The notes: generated from the letters alone by a model not told the origin. A DNA stretch of 64,000 bases from Candidatus Latescibacterota bacterium (GCA_965205975.1 OZ242195.1:4192001-4256000); one strand, 5' to 3'. Shown: positions 31,365-42,169, counted from the stretch's first letter. Translations and numbers: made by a program.

Positions 31365-33194
31365 TTAGCGTGCGATTCTCTCAATCCCAGCCTTTGCCGA
31401 GGGGTGATCGGGTGCTGTTTGCAAGACCTGCTGCCAGGCGCTGCGTGCTTCGTCAATCCTTCCCAGAGACCAATACGCCCAGCCCATGTTCGCCCGCGCA
31501 TTGTGGGTGTTGGGATCTCGTTTCAGGGCTTCTCGATAGTTATTTATGGCTTCGTGGAATTTTTCTTCGTGAAATAAGATGTTGCCCAGGTTGACGTACA
31601 CGCGCACCATGTCGGGATCCCGGGATAGTGCCTGGAGATACGCATTTTTGGCGGCTTCCGTTTTTTGGGTGCGTGCATAAGCCAATCCCAGGTTGTAATA
31701 CAAGACGGCATCACCCTGTCCGTATTTTTCTGCCTCTTCGAGATATGATTGCGCCCGTTCATTTTCGTTGGCCCACAAATAAGCCGTGCCCAAATTAAAG
31801 GGGTCCATTGCCCAATTGTTTTGAGCGAGTTGTGCGTTTAGTTCTATGCGGTAGCCGGTCCACAGGATGATCAGCGCCACTGCGCCGATGCACAGGTTTT
31901 TCCACTTTTGCGACTGTACACAGGATATCAATGTCCATATTCCCATGCCTGCAAATATCATGAGGATGGGGATTGCGGGCATGCGATAGCGCGACGATAC
32001 GTGAAAAGCCAATACGCCTGCCGCGTATCCAATGAGCCACAGATACAGGATGGCGTGACGATCAAATTGTCGGGCTGCGACGATGAGTCCCACAATGGAT
32101 AGGGGAAATAATATCCACAATTCTGTGATTGGAATGCCCAAGAGGGCAGAGAATTTTCTCTGGTAATAAAAATTGTAATTGAGCGGGACTTCGTATCCCG
32201 ATGCAAATAGGCGCACTTTTCGCAAGGTTACGGCTATCGCGCCTGCTGGATCGTTTATCCAGAATGCGAGGCCCTTATTAAACCAGAAGGAAGAGACTTC
32301 AGATGCTTTCAGAGATCGCCCCAGAGCATTTTCGGCCACGCGGCGCGGTTCTTCCAGATTGCCGTGTGCCCCATCCGGGGTGATCTGTGCATCCATGTCA
32401 GCAGGTGCGGAAAACCAGCCCGGCGCATCGGGGTGATTGCCCATGTAAAAGTTGATGCCGCCGTGCGCGGTCATCAGTACCCAGTCGTCTGCGACCAGGC
32501 CGTTGCGCAGGCCGCACAGGAGGAGGGGGAGGATGAGTCCCCCGAGGAAGTAACTCGCCAGTCGTATTGAACGTTTTGCTGGTGTTGCTTTGTGGTAGGC
32601 CCACCACGCACCGAATAGCAAGAATGGAATTGCAGATAAGATGTTGGGGCGCATGAGTGTTGCCAGTCCAAAGATCAATCCCGTCAGCCCCCAGTGCCAG
32701 GGGGTTTTATTCTTACCCGAGATTAGCGTCAATCCTATCAGGCTGAGGAATACAGCACCCGATGTGCCGAGTAGCATGCCTTCGTAAAATAGTTGCGGTC
32801 CATAGCTCGCAAATAATAATCCCGCAAATAATCCCGCGTATGCACCAAAATGCCGCGCGCCCAATTGATAGACCAGTATGGCACTGGCACATCCGGCAGC
32901 AGCCTGTAAGCCTATTATCAGTTTGGGTGTATGGCCAAAGATCGCATATACAACCGCCATGAGGTATGGATACAGGGGGGGTAGGATGAAGACTTCAGGG
33001 GCACCGAGCCAGTCTCCCGAGGCGATGCGCTGTGCCCAGTCGTCGAATATCCGCGCGTCTGAGATGAGTTTCTGCGAGAACGGGTGATTGGCCCAGAATG
33101 ACCAGAGATAAAAAAGACGGATCACTATCGCAGTCCCGCCCACAATATAGGGAAAATAGTGCGAGATCCGATCTATCTCGTTATTTTTTTTCAT
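31365..33194 (-). CDS. GT-C fold (PMT/ArnT-like) glycosyltransferase with C-terminal TPRs
   Basis: ISDARIFDDWA, PPLYPY, LATLMRPN, GGINFYMGN, SRYRMP, then TPR repeats. Confidence 0.85.
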   Translation of the reverse strand: MKKNNEIDRISHYFPYIVGGTAIVIRLFYLWSFWANHPFSQKLISDARIFDDWAQRIASGDWLGAPEVFILPPLYPYLMAVVYAIFGHTPKLIIGLQAAAGCASAILVYQLGARHFGAYAGLFAGLLFASYGPQLFYEGMLLGTSGAVFLSLIGLTLISGKNKTPWHWGLTGLIFGLATLMRPNILSAIPFLLFGAWWAYHKATPAKRSIRLASYFLGGLILPLLLCGLRNGLVADDWVLMTAHGGINFYMGNHPDAPGWFSAPADMDAQITPDGAHGNLEEPRRVAENALGRSLKASEVSSFWFNKGLAFWINDPAGAIAVTLRKVRLFASGYEVPLNYNFYYQRKFSALLGIPITELWILFPLSIVGLIVAARQFDRHAILYLWLIGYAAGVLAFHVSSRYRMPAIPILMIFAGMGIWTLISCVQSQKWKNLCIGAVALIILWTGYRIELNAQLAQNNWAMDPFNLGTAYLWANENERAQSYLEEAEKYGQGDAVLYYNLGLAYARTQKTEAAKNAYLQALSRDPDMVRVYVNLGNILFHEEKFHEAINNYREALKRDPNTHNARANMGWAYWSLGRIDEARSAWQQVLQTAPDHPSAKAGIERIAR

Positions 33195-33202
33195 AGGTCA
33201 AC

Positions 33203-35149
33203 TCAATCGGAAAATGGGACACCGTGTCCTTGCCCGTAGAACCAGATCATATCGACAAAGAACGAGATGCCCGCGCCCACGTAGTATCCCATGATCAATC
33301 CCAGGAAGAAGGGGCGGGCACTGCGATAGGTTCTGCTGCCGCCAAAACGCAGGATGGCGAATTTGCTCAACCAGCCGAGAAAGATTGGGAAGACGACATG
33401 GGTAACGGGATACGCAGGTCCGGTTGCCAGTCCCAGTGGGTGCAGAGGCCACCAGGTGTAGCGGTAACGCAAGAAGTACAGGAGGGCGGCGAAGGCGATG
33501 CCGCTGGTGAAGAAGGCCATTTTGCGCCAGTCGGGATTGACGGGATCTCTTGCGTATTTGACCACGAAATCCCAGGGTCCGCGCGCCAGGCCTCCGGAGA
33601 TTTGCGATCCGTAATTGCCCGCGCCGCCTTCATACCCCATGGATATGATATACAAACAGGATGCGACAATGCCCACGCCCATTGCCATGCACATGGCCCA
33701 GATGAGTTGTCGTTTGTGGTGCTGAATGGTGTCAAATAGACGGACGGAGTGGGTCAATGCGGGCATGAGCGTTGTTTTCATGTCGCCACACCAGCCGAAT
33801 GACATGCCGAGTGCGACCATGGTTTGTGCAGATAGTCGCGTGGTGCCAAATGTGAACATGATAAATGTTTGCGGTACCATGACGGCGCGGATGGTGATGA
33901 CGCCGGTTTCGGCGATGATGCGCGAGATCCCGATATAGACGACCATCATGACGATGAGGAATACCGCGATTACCCACAGGCCCATGCCCGAGGCGTAAAA
34001 CCAGCAGGCCATGTAGAGCAGCCCGCCCAATAAGCCGAAGACAGCACCCCGATAAGAGAGCAATTCGTCTGAGTCATCGACTTTTGCATCGCCTTTGAAT
34101 GCTTTGCGAAAGACATCGCGCAGGTGTGACCGCGCAATCCAAAGCCCCCAGCCGACTACTGTAAACCACACGCCGATCATTTGCCAGCCTACGGGTACAA
34201 AGGAGGTGCCGCAGAAATTCGCTTCTGAGATTGTGACGCCGAATCGGTTGAATAATCCCTCTTCTATGACCGCGAGGAGGTAGAAAAAGCAGATGCTAAA
34301 CGAGATGTCTAAGTTGATAAAGTAGGCAAATCCCACAATGGGCCAGTAGAGGTTCATGCGAATTGACTGAAAATCTCGCCCAAAGGATATGGCTTCAAAT
34401 CGCCATGGAAATACGGGAAATGTGGGGTTAAAATAGGATACGATGTTCCATAGAATGCCGAAGATCGAAAAGGAAAAACCTATCCAGAAGAGCGGCGAGC
34501 GCATAAATGGGGGCAAGCGGGATGGTGTATCGCCTTCTTCGACCATTGCGAGGGGCAATTCCATGAGGGCGTAGTCGAGTCGCTCGTATTCGATCCATTG
34601 CTTGCGCAGGATTACCGCTGTACACAATAAGACCGCGCAGAGTGCGGCGAGCAGGCTCAACCACCAGAACAGAGGCCCGATCCACACTTCCCATGGAACA
34701 GGTACGTCACGTGGCAGTCCTTCAAAAAACCACGTCAATGCCGGACCGGGTTCAATCACGGCCCAGGATGGCAGATAGTCGTGTGTAAATTCGCCCCATC
34801 GATTTGTCGGGTCGGCGAGGTAATACGGTACGCAAAAGCTGGCGATTAATCGGCTTAAAAAATACGTTGGCAGGGTTGAGGCGATCAGACCCATTGAAAA
34901 GATGACCAGAAGTTCGCCTCGATGGAGTTTGAGATAATGCCGCAAGAATACGACTGTTATTGCAAAGGGGAATACCACGGCGAGGGACAGGTGATTTTGC
35001 GCCAGTCGCGTTGTGTGCAAGATGTGCCGTGCATAAAATCCACCGAGCGCGGCTACGAGTACAAGGATTAGTCCCAGAATGATCGACTTATAGGTCAATG
35101 CGCGTGCGGTGGCGTCTTTTTGTTTGTGTTCTCGAGCGACTTCAGCCAT
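33203..35149 (-). CDS. DUF6785/DUF6784-like multi-pass membrane protein, paralog 2
   Basis: ILRKQWIEYERLDYAL, RYTWWPLHPLG, PFFLGLIMG; colinear with 29334-31286. Confidence 0.8.
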   Translation of the reverse strand: MAEVAREHKQKDATARALTYKSIILGLILVLVAALGGFYARHILHTTRLAQNHLSLAVVFPFAITVVFLRHYLKLHRGELLVIFSMGLIASTLPTYFLSRLIASFCVPYYLADPTNRWGEFTHDYLPSWAVIEPGPALTWFFEGLPRDVPVPWEVWIGPLFWWLSLLAALCAVLLCTAVILRKQWIEYERLDYALMELPLAMVEEGDTPSRLPPFMRSPLFWIGFSFSIFGILWNIVSYFNPTFPVFPWRFEAISFGRDFQSIRMNLYWPIVGFAYFINLDISFSICFFYLLAVIEEGLFNRFGVTISEANFCGTSFVPVGWQMIGVWFTVVGWGLWIARSHLRDVFRKAFKGDAKVDDSDELLSYRGAVFGLLGGLLYMACWFYASGMGLWVIAVFLIVMMVVYIGISRIIAETGVITIRAVMVPQTFIMFTFGTTRLSAQTMVALGMSFGWCGDMKTTLMPALTHSVRLFDTIQHHKRQLIWAMCMAMGVGIVASCLYIISMGYEGGAGNYGSQISGGLARGPWDFVVKYARDPVNPDWRKMAFFTSGIAFAALLYFLRYRYTWWPLHPLGLATGPAYPVTHVVFPIFLGWLSKFAILRFGGSRTYRSARPFFLGLIMGYYVGAGISFFVDMIWFYGQGHGVPFSD

Positions 35150-35192
35150 AACTTTATATAGGTCTGCGAATTGAGGCTGTCAAGGGAGAATG

Positions 35193-35224
35193 AAAAAGCA
35201 CGCTCTATTTAGAGCGTGCTTTTT
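35193..35224 (-). terminator. Bidirectional intrinsic terminator
   Basis: AAAAAGCACGCTCT/AGAGCGTGCTTTTT stem. Confidence 0.8.
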
Positions 35225-35283
35225 AAATCCAGTACCTGATATTTAAGACAGCTTCTTACAGTCAGCAGCTTCGGCGTATTCCT

Positions 35284-36036
35284 CTACGGGTTGTTGCCAA
35301 AGGCATCGACAAAGGCAAGAAAATCCACAAAATTAATGATACCATCGCCGTTCACATCCATGTGCGCGTCGAAATTGGTGTCTGATATCGACAATCCAAA
35401 GACGCCAACAAAGGCGAGAAAATCGGTAAAGTCAACGTCGAAATCGCCATCGAAATCGCCATTAAAATCACTCGGTTCAAAAGTACCGATAAAAGAGATT
35501 GCGGCTTCAGATATATCTAAATAGTCGAGTTCACCACTGAGGCCGGCCATCACAATGGTTTTGACAGTAAGAGTTGTCTCTTCTTCGAGAGGTTTGATGA
35601 CCTCCAGGTTAATTTGACCGAGATAGCCGTTTTCTGGCACTGTGGGGATGGAAAGAATTAGTGCGGCTATACGGGGGCGGCCAGGTGTACGGCGCAGTGA
35701 CTTTCCAGTAAAGCCCTTTCCCGATATGTTCCCGATATGATCGAAAAATGCCTTGTCGTCAGACAGGGCAAGTTCCATCTCATAGCCGTATGTTCGCTGG
35801 TCTGCGGTCGTGGGTGCAAAGAGTTGAAATTGTATTGTATCGCCAGGTCTCTTTTTGGGAATGGTCAATGTGTTGTTCAATACAGGGGGCGTTTCAACCT
35901 CGGTATCGAGAAAAAGCCGCATGCCTGCAAATTCACCGCCCGAGGACTCATTAAACGGCGTAATAATGCTTGTCGTCAGAGCAGTAATAAACAGTAGAAC
36001 GCCCTTGACTCTTGTGACTATCTTGCCTATTGTCAT
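35284..36036 (-). CDS. Secreted protein with C-terminal dockerin-like/EF-hand Ca-binding repeats
   Basis: Signal-like N-terminus; DFDGDFDVDFTDFLAF and DVNGDGIINFVDFLAF repeats. Confidence 0.75.
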   Translation of the reverse strand: MTIGKIVTRVKGVLLFITALTTSIITPFNESSGGEFAGMRLFLDTEVETPPVLNNTLTIPKKRPGDTIQFQLFAPTTADQRTYGYEMELALSDDKAFFDHIGNISGKGFTGKSLRRTPGRPRIAALILSIPTVPENGYLGQINLEVIKPLEEETTLTVKTIVMAGLSGELDYLDISEAAISFIGTFEPSDFNGDFDGDFDVDFTDFLAFVGVFGLSISDTNFDAHMDVNGDGIINFVDFLAFVDAFGNNP

Positions 36037-36327
36037 TTCATCTCTCCCGTTAAAGAGATACTTTTCTGAGGGTCGTGTCTTTGCCGAGACACGACCCTCG
36101 CTATTTAGAATGCAAAATAAGAAATTCAAAGTCAAATAGATTTATTCATAAGTTCCCCTGTTTTTTTCAGCCATACTATAAATATAAGTGGGTACTTACT
36201 AATATAAGATATTAACAAACATTCGCAATTCTTTTTTGCCTGATATTCCCGAAAGCGAGCGGTGGGTGTATTGGGCTTGATGAGTTTGCCGATTCGGTGT
36301 ACCTTCGGAGTGGATAGACGGAACTCC

Positions 36328-36354
36328 GGGCGGGCACGGGGGCACCGCCCCTAC
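36328..36354 (-). repeat. GTAG-type REP-like palindrome
   Basis: Minus strand GTAGGGGCGGTGCCCCCGTGCCCGCCC. Confidence 0.7.
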
Positions 36355-36380
36355 ATTGTATGGATGAATTTTGATAGCTT

Positions 36381-38768
36381 ATGAAAAACGAAAGATCAAT
36401 CGCAGCTTATACGGGTCTTTTTTTAATCGCTTTGGCGTCGCTGGCGATCCAGATTGTTCTGGTGCGTCTGCTGAGTGTTATTACCTGGTACCATCTGGCA
36501 TTTTTTTCGATTTCCATTGCCATGCTGGGTATGACTGCGGGGGCTATCCAAGTCTATGTACAAAAAGAGCGCTTTGACGATGAGAATAAGATCGAAGCGA
36601 TTACTCGCGCATGTGCCGGGTTTGCGCTGTCTATTCCCGCGTCTCTGATCCTTTTGTGCGTTCTGCCCATCGGCTTTTACAGAAGTATTCTGAGTCTGAT
36701 CGTGCTTTTTGTCGCAACGCTGGTCTGCGCCTGGCCGTTTTATTATGCGGGGCTTGTTATCACGACTGTGTTGACGCGGTTCAATGCGCCGATTGGCAGG
36801 CTTTATGCCAGTGATTTGACAGGTGCTTCTGCTGGATGTCTGATTGTTTTGGGAGGTCTCGAAATAGTTGATGCGCCGAGTCTCATGTTGTGGTGCAGTG
36901 GCATTGGTGCGCTATCTGGTGCGTGTTTTGCCCGTCTTGCACAATCCTGTTCTGTGCGTCGTTATACCGCGTTTGCCCTGTTGTTTTTTGTGTTGGGGGT
37001 TGTCAATGCCCAAACTCCGTATGGCATTCGTCCCATGTTTGTGAAGGAGAAGTTTCAAAGGCTCAGCGAACAGATTTCAGAACGGTGGAATTCTTTTTCG
37101 CGCGTTGTTGTTTATCGCCGACAATATTTGCCTCCGCAACTCTGGGGGGGTAGTCCTGTAGCACGGGGAGAAAATATCTTTTTTCACGGGATGACGATTG
37201 ACGGTGCAGCGGGCACAGCTATTAGATCTTTTGCTTCGCCCAAAGATATTGAGCATCTGCGTTATGATATCACAAATGTGGGGTATTATCTCAATAGACG
37301 GGGCAAAGCGTGTATTATTGGTGTGGGTGGGGGGAAAGATATCCAGAGTGCGCTATTTTTTGGTCACGATGCGGTTTTGGGTATTGAGGTCAATCCGATT
37401 TTTGTCGATTTGCTCCAGAATGAGTTTCGCGAGTTTGCTGGGCTTGCCGACCGGGATGACGTGACGTTTGTGGTGGATGATGCGCGCAGTTTTTTGTCGC
37501 AAAGTCGCGAGCAATTTTCCGTTATTCAGATGGCGTTGATCGATACCTGGGCAGCGACGGGCGCGGGCGCATTTTCTCTGTCTGAAAATGCGCTCTATAC
37601 TGTTGAGGCCTGGCAGACATTTCTCAGCCGTCTGTCAGAAGACGGTATTTTTACGGTGTCGCGGTGGTATAGTGCCGAACATATTGGGGAAACTGGTCGG
37701 GTGTTGAGTTTGGGCGTTGAATCGCTTTTGCGGCTGGGTGTAAAAAAACCGGCGGACCACATGGCGCTGATCACAATTGGCAATGTTTCGACTTTGCTGA
37801 TTTGCCGGCAGCCGCTGAGTGAGGGGGATATTAACCGGTTGAGACAGGTGTGCGAGGAGTTGCAATATCAGATTGTTCATGTGCCCAATAGTTTGCCCAC
37901 CGAACCGATATTGAGACAGATTTTATCTGCCCAATCCACAGATCAACTCGCAGAGGCAGTGGCTCAGGCTGAATTGGACTACAGCCCGCCGACAGATGAC
38001 AATCCTTATTTTTTTAATATGTTGAAGCTGAGCCATCTGGATACGGCACTGCGAGGTCAAGAGGGTGTTCTCAGTGGGAATTTGAGAGCACTGGCTACGC
38101 TTCTGGTGCTTTTGGTTGTGCTCGGAGTGCTCGCTGTTGCGACGATTGGGCTGCCTTTGTGGCTTGCCCATAGACCCATAACGTTGATGCGAACACGCGG
38201 TTTCTGGTTCGGGGCACTGTATTTTTCTCTTATTGGTTCGGCTTTTATGTTTGTGGAGATTGCACTGATTCAACGGCTCAACGTATTTACTGGACATCCC
38301 ATCTATTCGCTGGGTATATTGCTGTTTACGCTTATTGCAAGTACGGGTATGGGCAGTTTTGTAAGCGATCATCTTCCGCTCACGCGAAGGCCGTGGGTTT
38401 ATGTTTTTCCCATCATAACGGCGGTGGGTGTTGTTGCTCTCAATACGGTTCTCCACTATTTGCTGTCTCACATGATGGCTGAGGATACGACGACAAAAAT
38501 ACTGATGTCAGTTCTGGTCATTTTTCCTGTGGGCATGCTTATGGGGCTGTTTTTTCCGACGGGTATGCGTCTGGTTCAGTCCTCTTATGAAAACGAAACC
38601 CCGTGGTTCTGGTCACTGAATGGGATTATGGGTGTGCTGTGTTCTGCCCTGGCGGTGTTTGTTTCTATTATGTTTGGGATATCTACCAATTTTTATATTG
38701 CCGCTGTGGCTTACGCGTTTGTTTTGTGGTGTGTTTGGAATTTGTGTCGGAAACGCGCAGTAACGTGA
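36381..38768 (+). CDS. Membrane protein with central spermidine-synthase-like SAM-binding domain
   Basis: N- and C-terminal TM bundles; LYASDLTGA, IIGVGGGKDI, GIEVNP, VDDARSFL, LYTVEA. Confidence 0.85.
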   Translation: MKNERSIAAYTGLFLIALASLAIQIVLVRLLSVITWYHLAFFSISIAMLGMTAGAIQVYVQKERFDDENKIEAITRACAGFALSIPASLILLCVLPIGFYRSILSLIVLFVATLVCAWPFYYAGLVITTVLTRFNAPIGRLYASDLTGASAGCLIVLGGLEIVDAPSLMLWCSGIGALSGACFARLAQSCSVRRYTAFALLFFVLGVVNAQTPYGIRPMFVKEKFQRLSEQISERWNSFSRVVVYRRQYLPPQLWGGSPVARGENIFFHGMTIDGAAGTAIRSFASPKDIEHLRYDITNVGYYLNRRGKACIIGVGGGKDIQSALFFGHDAVLGIEVNPIFVDLLQNEFREFAGLADRDDVTFVVDDARSFLSQSREQFSVIQMALIDTWAATGAGAFSLSENALYTVEAWQTFLSRLSEDGIFTVSRWYSAEHIGETGRVLSLGVESLLRLGVKKPADHMALITIGNVSTLLICRQPLSEGDINRLRQVCEELQYQIVHVPNSLPTEPILRQILSAQSTDQLAEAVAQAELDYSPPTDDNPYFFNMLKLSHLDTALRGQEGVLSGNLRALATLLVLLVVLGVLAVATIGLPLWLAHRPITLMRTRGFWFGALYFSLIGSAFMFVEIALIQRLNVFTGHPIYSLGILLFTLIASTGMGSFVSDHLPLTRRPWVYVFPIITAVGVVALNTVLHYLLSHMMAEDTTTKILMSVLVIFPVGMLMGLFFPTGMRLVQSSYENETPWFWSLNGIMGVLCSALAVFVSIMFGISTNFYIAAVAYAFVLWCVWNLCRKRAVT

Positions 38769-38779
38769 AAGGATTTTTT

Positions 38780-39079
38780 ATGATAGATCATATCGTTCTT
38801 CTCAAGCTAAAAGATGGGGTTACGCGGGAACAGACTCAGGCACTCCACGAAGGTCTGTTTGCGCTAAAAGAAAAGGGTAGTATTCCCGGTATGGAGGAGA
38901 TTACTGCGGGATATAATAATAGTCCAGAGGGTAAAAATTACGGCTATGACTGGGGGTTTATTATTCGGTTTGCGGATGAGGCTGCGCGAGATTTCTATTT
39001 GCCGCATCCGGATCACAGGGCGCTCAGCCAGACTTTTATACGTCCGATTGTCGATGATGTGCTCGTGTTTGATGTATGA
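38780..39079 (+). CDS. Dabb family (stress-responsive A/B barrel) protein
   Basis: MIDHIVLLKLK..NNSPEG..FADEAARDFYLPHPDH. Confidence 0.9.
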   Translation: MIDHIVLLKLKDGVTREQTQALHEGLFALKEKGSIPGMEEITAGYNNSPEGKNYGYDWGFIIRFADEAARDFYLPHPDHRALSQTFIRPIVDDVLVFDV

Positions 39080-39106
39080 GATGTGAAAAGGGAAAGGAAT
39101 CCGCGA

Positions 39107-39397
39107 ATGCCTGAAACACAACTGAGGCAAAAGTTGCTCTTTCTCTATCTGGGCAATTCCAGTTTGGAGAGTGAAGTTGTTGGTTGGTCGTATTACGATG
39201 GGACGACTGATGAGATGTTTGAAGCTGCAGGTGAAGATGCCGAGTCGCCTTATAATTCTGTGCTGGATGCCATGCGCGATGGCTGGCGCGTTATTCAGGT
39301 GCCTTTTATCAAAGCACCGCAAGTTGGGCGCGAATACGAAAACGATTATCTCGATTTTGAATTTGTCCTGGAAAAAATGGAGGCGATAAATGGATAA
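39107..39397 (+). CDS. Conserved-looking hypothetical protein overlapping the PhyH gene start
   Basis: 96 aa, PYNSVLDAMRDGWRVIQ; RBS AAGGA; operon position. Confidence 0.75.
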   Translation: MPETQLRQKLLFLYLGNSSLESEVVGWSYYDGTTDEMFEAAGEDAESPYNSVLDAMRDGWRVIQVPFIKAPQVGREYENDYLDFEFVLEKMEAING

Positions 39398-40208
39398 GAA
39401 TCTTTTGCTCACGTCTGTGGAAATGGCGCAGTTCGCAAGCACGGGTTTTTTGCGTTTTGACAATCTGGTGCCGCGGGAACTCTGCGAAGCCGCATACGAA
39501 GAGATGAGTGCGGGCAAGATTAGACGCCGTGCTCCGATGGGCGCGTCTTTTAACGAGGTTTGGCCCGATGAAGCTATTGGCAAGGTTTTTCGCCTGCCCA
39601 AAGTGGCGGCGATTATTCACAGTCTGGTGGGTCCCAATCCGCGATACGATCATCACGCGGCGCATCTTACGCCGGCAAATACGCGCAAGGGTGCCAATTT
39701 GCATCAGGATGCCGAATACGATATTCGCGATTTGCATTTCGACATTCAAATTTCCTTTTTTCCAGAAGATACACCGCTGGAAAGCGGGGGTACGCTTTTT
39801 GTGCCGGGCACGCAATTTCGCCGGGTTCACGAAGCCGAGATCAAACGCTATCAAAATATCATAGGACAGGTACAGGCGGTTTGCGAGGCGGGGACGATGT
39901 TTTTCTGGCATACCAATATATGGCATTCGGCGAGGAGCAATTTTACCGATAGAGATCGGTATATGTTTAAGCTCCGCCTCAATCCCACGGTTCGCCAACA
40001 GCGCCTGTGGAATACCGACGATCTCGATAGTGCCGAGGTTAAACAGAAACTCAATCAGAAGATTCCCTGGCATGGGCAACGCCATCGCATTGAACTTATG
40101 AATCGCATTAAGTTCTGGCGTTTTCTCACTGGCGATCCCACTTTTGATATCTCTCTCTGGTGGGGGCGCGTTGAAAATACGCCGGATCTTATTGTTCCGG
40201 GAGGTTGA
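39390..40208 (+). CDS. Phytanoyl-CoA dioxygenase (PhyH) family protein
   Basis: LHQD (HxD), GGTLFVPGT, IWH motifs. Confidence 0.88.
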   Translation: MDKNLLLTSVEMAQFASTGFLRFDNLVPRELCEAAYEEMSAGKIRRRAPMGASFNEVWPDEAIGKVFRLPKVAAIIHSLVGPNPRYDHHAAHLTPANTRKGANLHQDAEYDIRDLHFDIQISFFPEDTPLESGGTLFVPGTQFRRVHEAEIKRYQNIIGQVQAVCEAGTMFFWHTNIWHSARSNFTDRDRYMFKLRLNPTVRQQRLWNTDDLDSAEVKQKLNQKIPWHGQRHRIELMNRIKFWRFLTGDPTFDISLWWGRVENTPDLIVPGG

Positions 40209-41098
40209 TGATGCACTTATCTATGCACAATTGGATGCGCTCGGAGTCTCTCGAAGTTACGCTTGAGAGGTTGGCAAAATTTGGGTACGAGAGTATTGAG
40301 CTTAGCGGTGAACCCGAGCGGTATGATACGTCAGAAGTGCGTGCTTTGCTCAATGAGTACAATATCCGCTGCTGGGGGGCGGTGACGTTGATGATGGGTG
40401 ACCGCAATATGCTGGCCAAAGATGCGGGAATTCGGGCACAATCCGTGCAGTACGTCAAGGACTGTGTTACGATGGTTAAGGAACTCGATGGGTACGAGCT
40501 GACTGTGGTGCCGGCTACTGTGGGAAAAATCGAACCGGATGCCACGCCTGATGAGGAATGGCAATGGGCTGTGGCGGGCATGCAGGAGGTTTACGATCAT
40601 TCCGAAAGAGAGGGGGTTCGCCTGGCGATTGAACCCATCAATCGGTTTGAGACGTATTTTATTACCCGGGGTGCTCAGGCGCTTGCCCTATCAGAGGCGA
40701 CGGGTGCGAATTGCGGGGTGTGTTTAGATGCTTTTCATATCAATATCGAAGAGGTGGATCCGTATCAGGCTATCCGGGATGCCGGCGACCGGCTCGTGGA
40801 TTTTCATGTGGCGGATAACAATCGCATGGCGTGTGGTCTGGGGAACTGGGATTGGGCAAAATTGGTCGCGACGCTCAAAGAGGTGGGTTATGATGGCGCG
40901 CTGACGGTGGAGTTTGTCGCGCCGATTGATCGGACGCCTGCAAATGAGTATCCCAATGCGGTGGAGACCAATCCCGTTGATATTACACCCGAGGAACTCA
41001 AATTTATTCAGGATCACGGGAGCAGTCTGTTGAGTGAGGAATTTTACACTTTTCTGGTGGAGAAAACCGCTGAGACGTTGTTGCCGCTGATTGGATAG
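40208..41098 (+). CDS. Sugar phosphate isomerase/epimerase (ketose 3-epimerase-like TIM barrel)
   Basis: IEPINRFET, LDAFHINIEE, HVADNNR, TVEF. Confidence 0.9.
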   Translation: MMHLSMHNWMRSESLEVTLERLAKFGYESIELSGEPERYDTSEVRALLNEYNIRCWGAVTLMMGDRNMLAKDAGIRAQSVQYVKDCVTMVKELDGYELTVVPATVGKIEPDATPDEEWQWAVAGMQEVYDHSEREGVRLAIEPINRFETYFITRGAQALALSEATGANCGVCLDAFHINIEEVDPYQAIRDAGDRLVDFHVADNNRMACGLGNWDWAKLVATLKEVGYDGALTVEFVAPIDRTPANEYPNAVETNPVDITPEELKFIQDHGSSLLSEEFYTFLVEKTAETLLPLIG

Positions 41099-41179
41099 GG
41101 AAATCAAAAGCATCCGCAGATGGCACAGATAGAAAGCAAGGAGAAGGCAGCAGTTCATTGACAAATTTCAGAGGGAGAT

Positions 41180-42169
41180 ATGGCTCAAAAGATTCTTATT
41201 ACAGATAAATTGCAGGGTCCCGAGTTTGCATCTGAGGAGCGGACAAAGGCGATTGACAGGTTGCGCGAATACGCGGAGGTGGAATTTTACGATGAGACCG
41301 AATTTGGTGCCGAACACGCCGAGGGTGTGGTGGGTGTTTTGGCGGATTCGGTTGTGTTCTCGCCCGAGTTTTACGCGACGGCGCGCGATTTGCGCATTGT
41401 TGCGCGCTGGGGTGTGGGGTTTGAAAAGGTGGATGTGCCGCGCGCGACCGATTGCGGTGTTCTCGTCACGGTTGCTCCCGTGCATATGGTTACGGTTGCC
41501 GAGTTTGCGATCGCGCAGTGGATGGCCGCGCTGAAGCGCGTTTATACGCTGAACCGAAATAGCCATGCGGGGAATTTTGAGATTATCAGGACTTATGACG
41601 CGGAAGGTTCTACGCTGGGTATTTGGGGTTTGGGGCGGATCGGTCAGGCGATGGCGGAGCGCGCGCGTCCGCTTTTGGGCGATTCTGGGCGTTTGCTGGT
41701 CTATGATATCCGTCCCGATATTGACGAGGTCGCCGCGCAGTACGATGCCGAGGTGGTCGATGATCCCCGCACCCTTTTTGAGGAGTGCGATGCGATTTCT
41801 CTGCATCTTTCGGGCGATGATACGGTTGTGACCTACGATTTGCTCTGTGCGATGAAACCCCATGCTTCAGTGATCAATCCCTCGCGCGGCAATCTGGTGG
41901 ATGACGAAGCGGTGAACCGGGCGATTAAAGAAGAGCGGCTCTATTATTATCTCGTTGATGATCCGGTTAATCAGACCCGCGCGATTCACAAGGACCATCC
42001 CCGCATTATCTGTACCAATCACAACGCGGGCATTACTGTGGAATCCGCTATTCGGCTTGATGAGTGTTGTGTGGAGCAAATTATTGACGCGCTTGAAGGT
42101 CGCACGCCCAGAGATGTGCTCAATACCAATGTGCTCGATCACCCGCGGGTTCAGGGGTTTTTGAAGTGA
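41180..42169 (+). CDS. D-2-hydroxyacid dehydrogenase family protein
   Basis: ARWGVGFEKVD, GIWGLGRIG, INPSRG, NHNAG. Confidence 0.88.
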   Translation: MAQKILITDKLQGPEFASEERTKAIDRLREYAEVEFYDETEFGAEHAEGVVGVLADSVVFSPEFYATARDLRIVARWGVGFEKVDVPRATDCGVLVTVAPVHMVTVAEFAIAQWMAALKRVYTLNRNSHAGNFEIIRTYDAEGSTLGIWGLGRIGQAMAERARPLLGDSGRLLVYDIRPDIDEVAAQYDAEVVDDPRTLFEECDAISLHLSGDDTVVTYDLLCAMKPHASVINPSRGNLVDDEAVNRAIKEERLYYYLVDDPVNQTRAIHKDHPRIICTNHNAGITVESAIRLDECCVEQIIDALEGRTPRDVLNTNVLDHPRVQGFLK

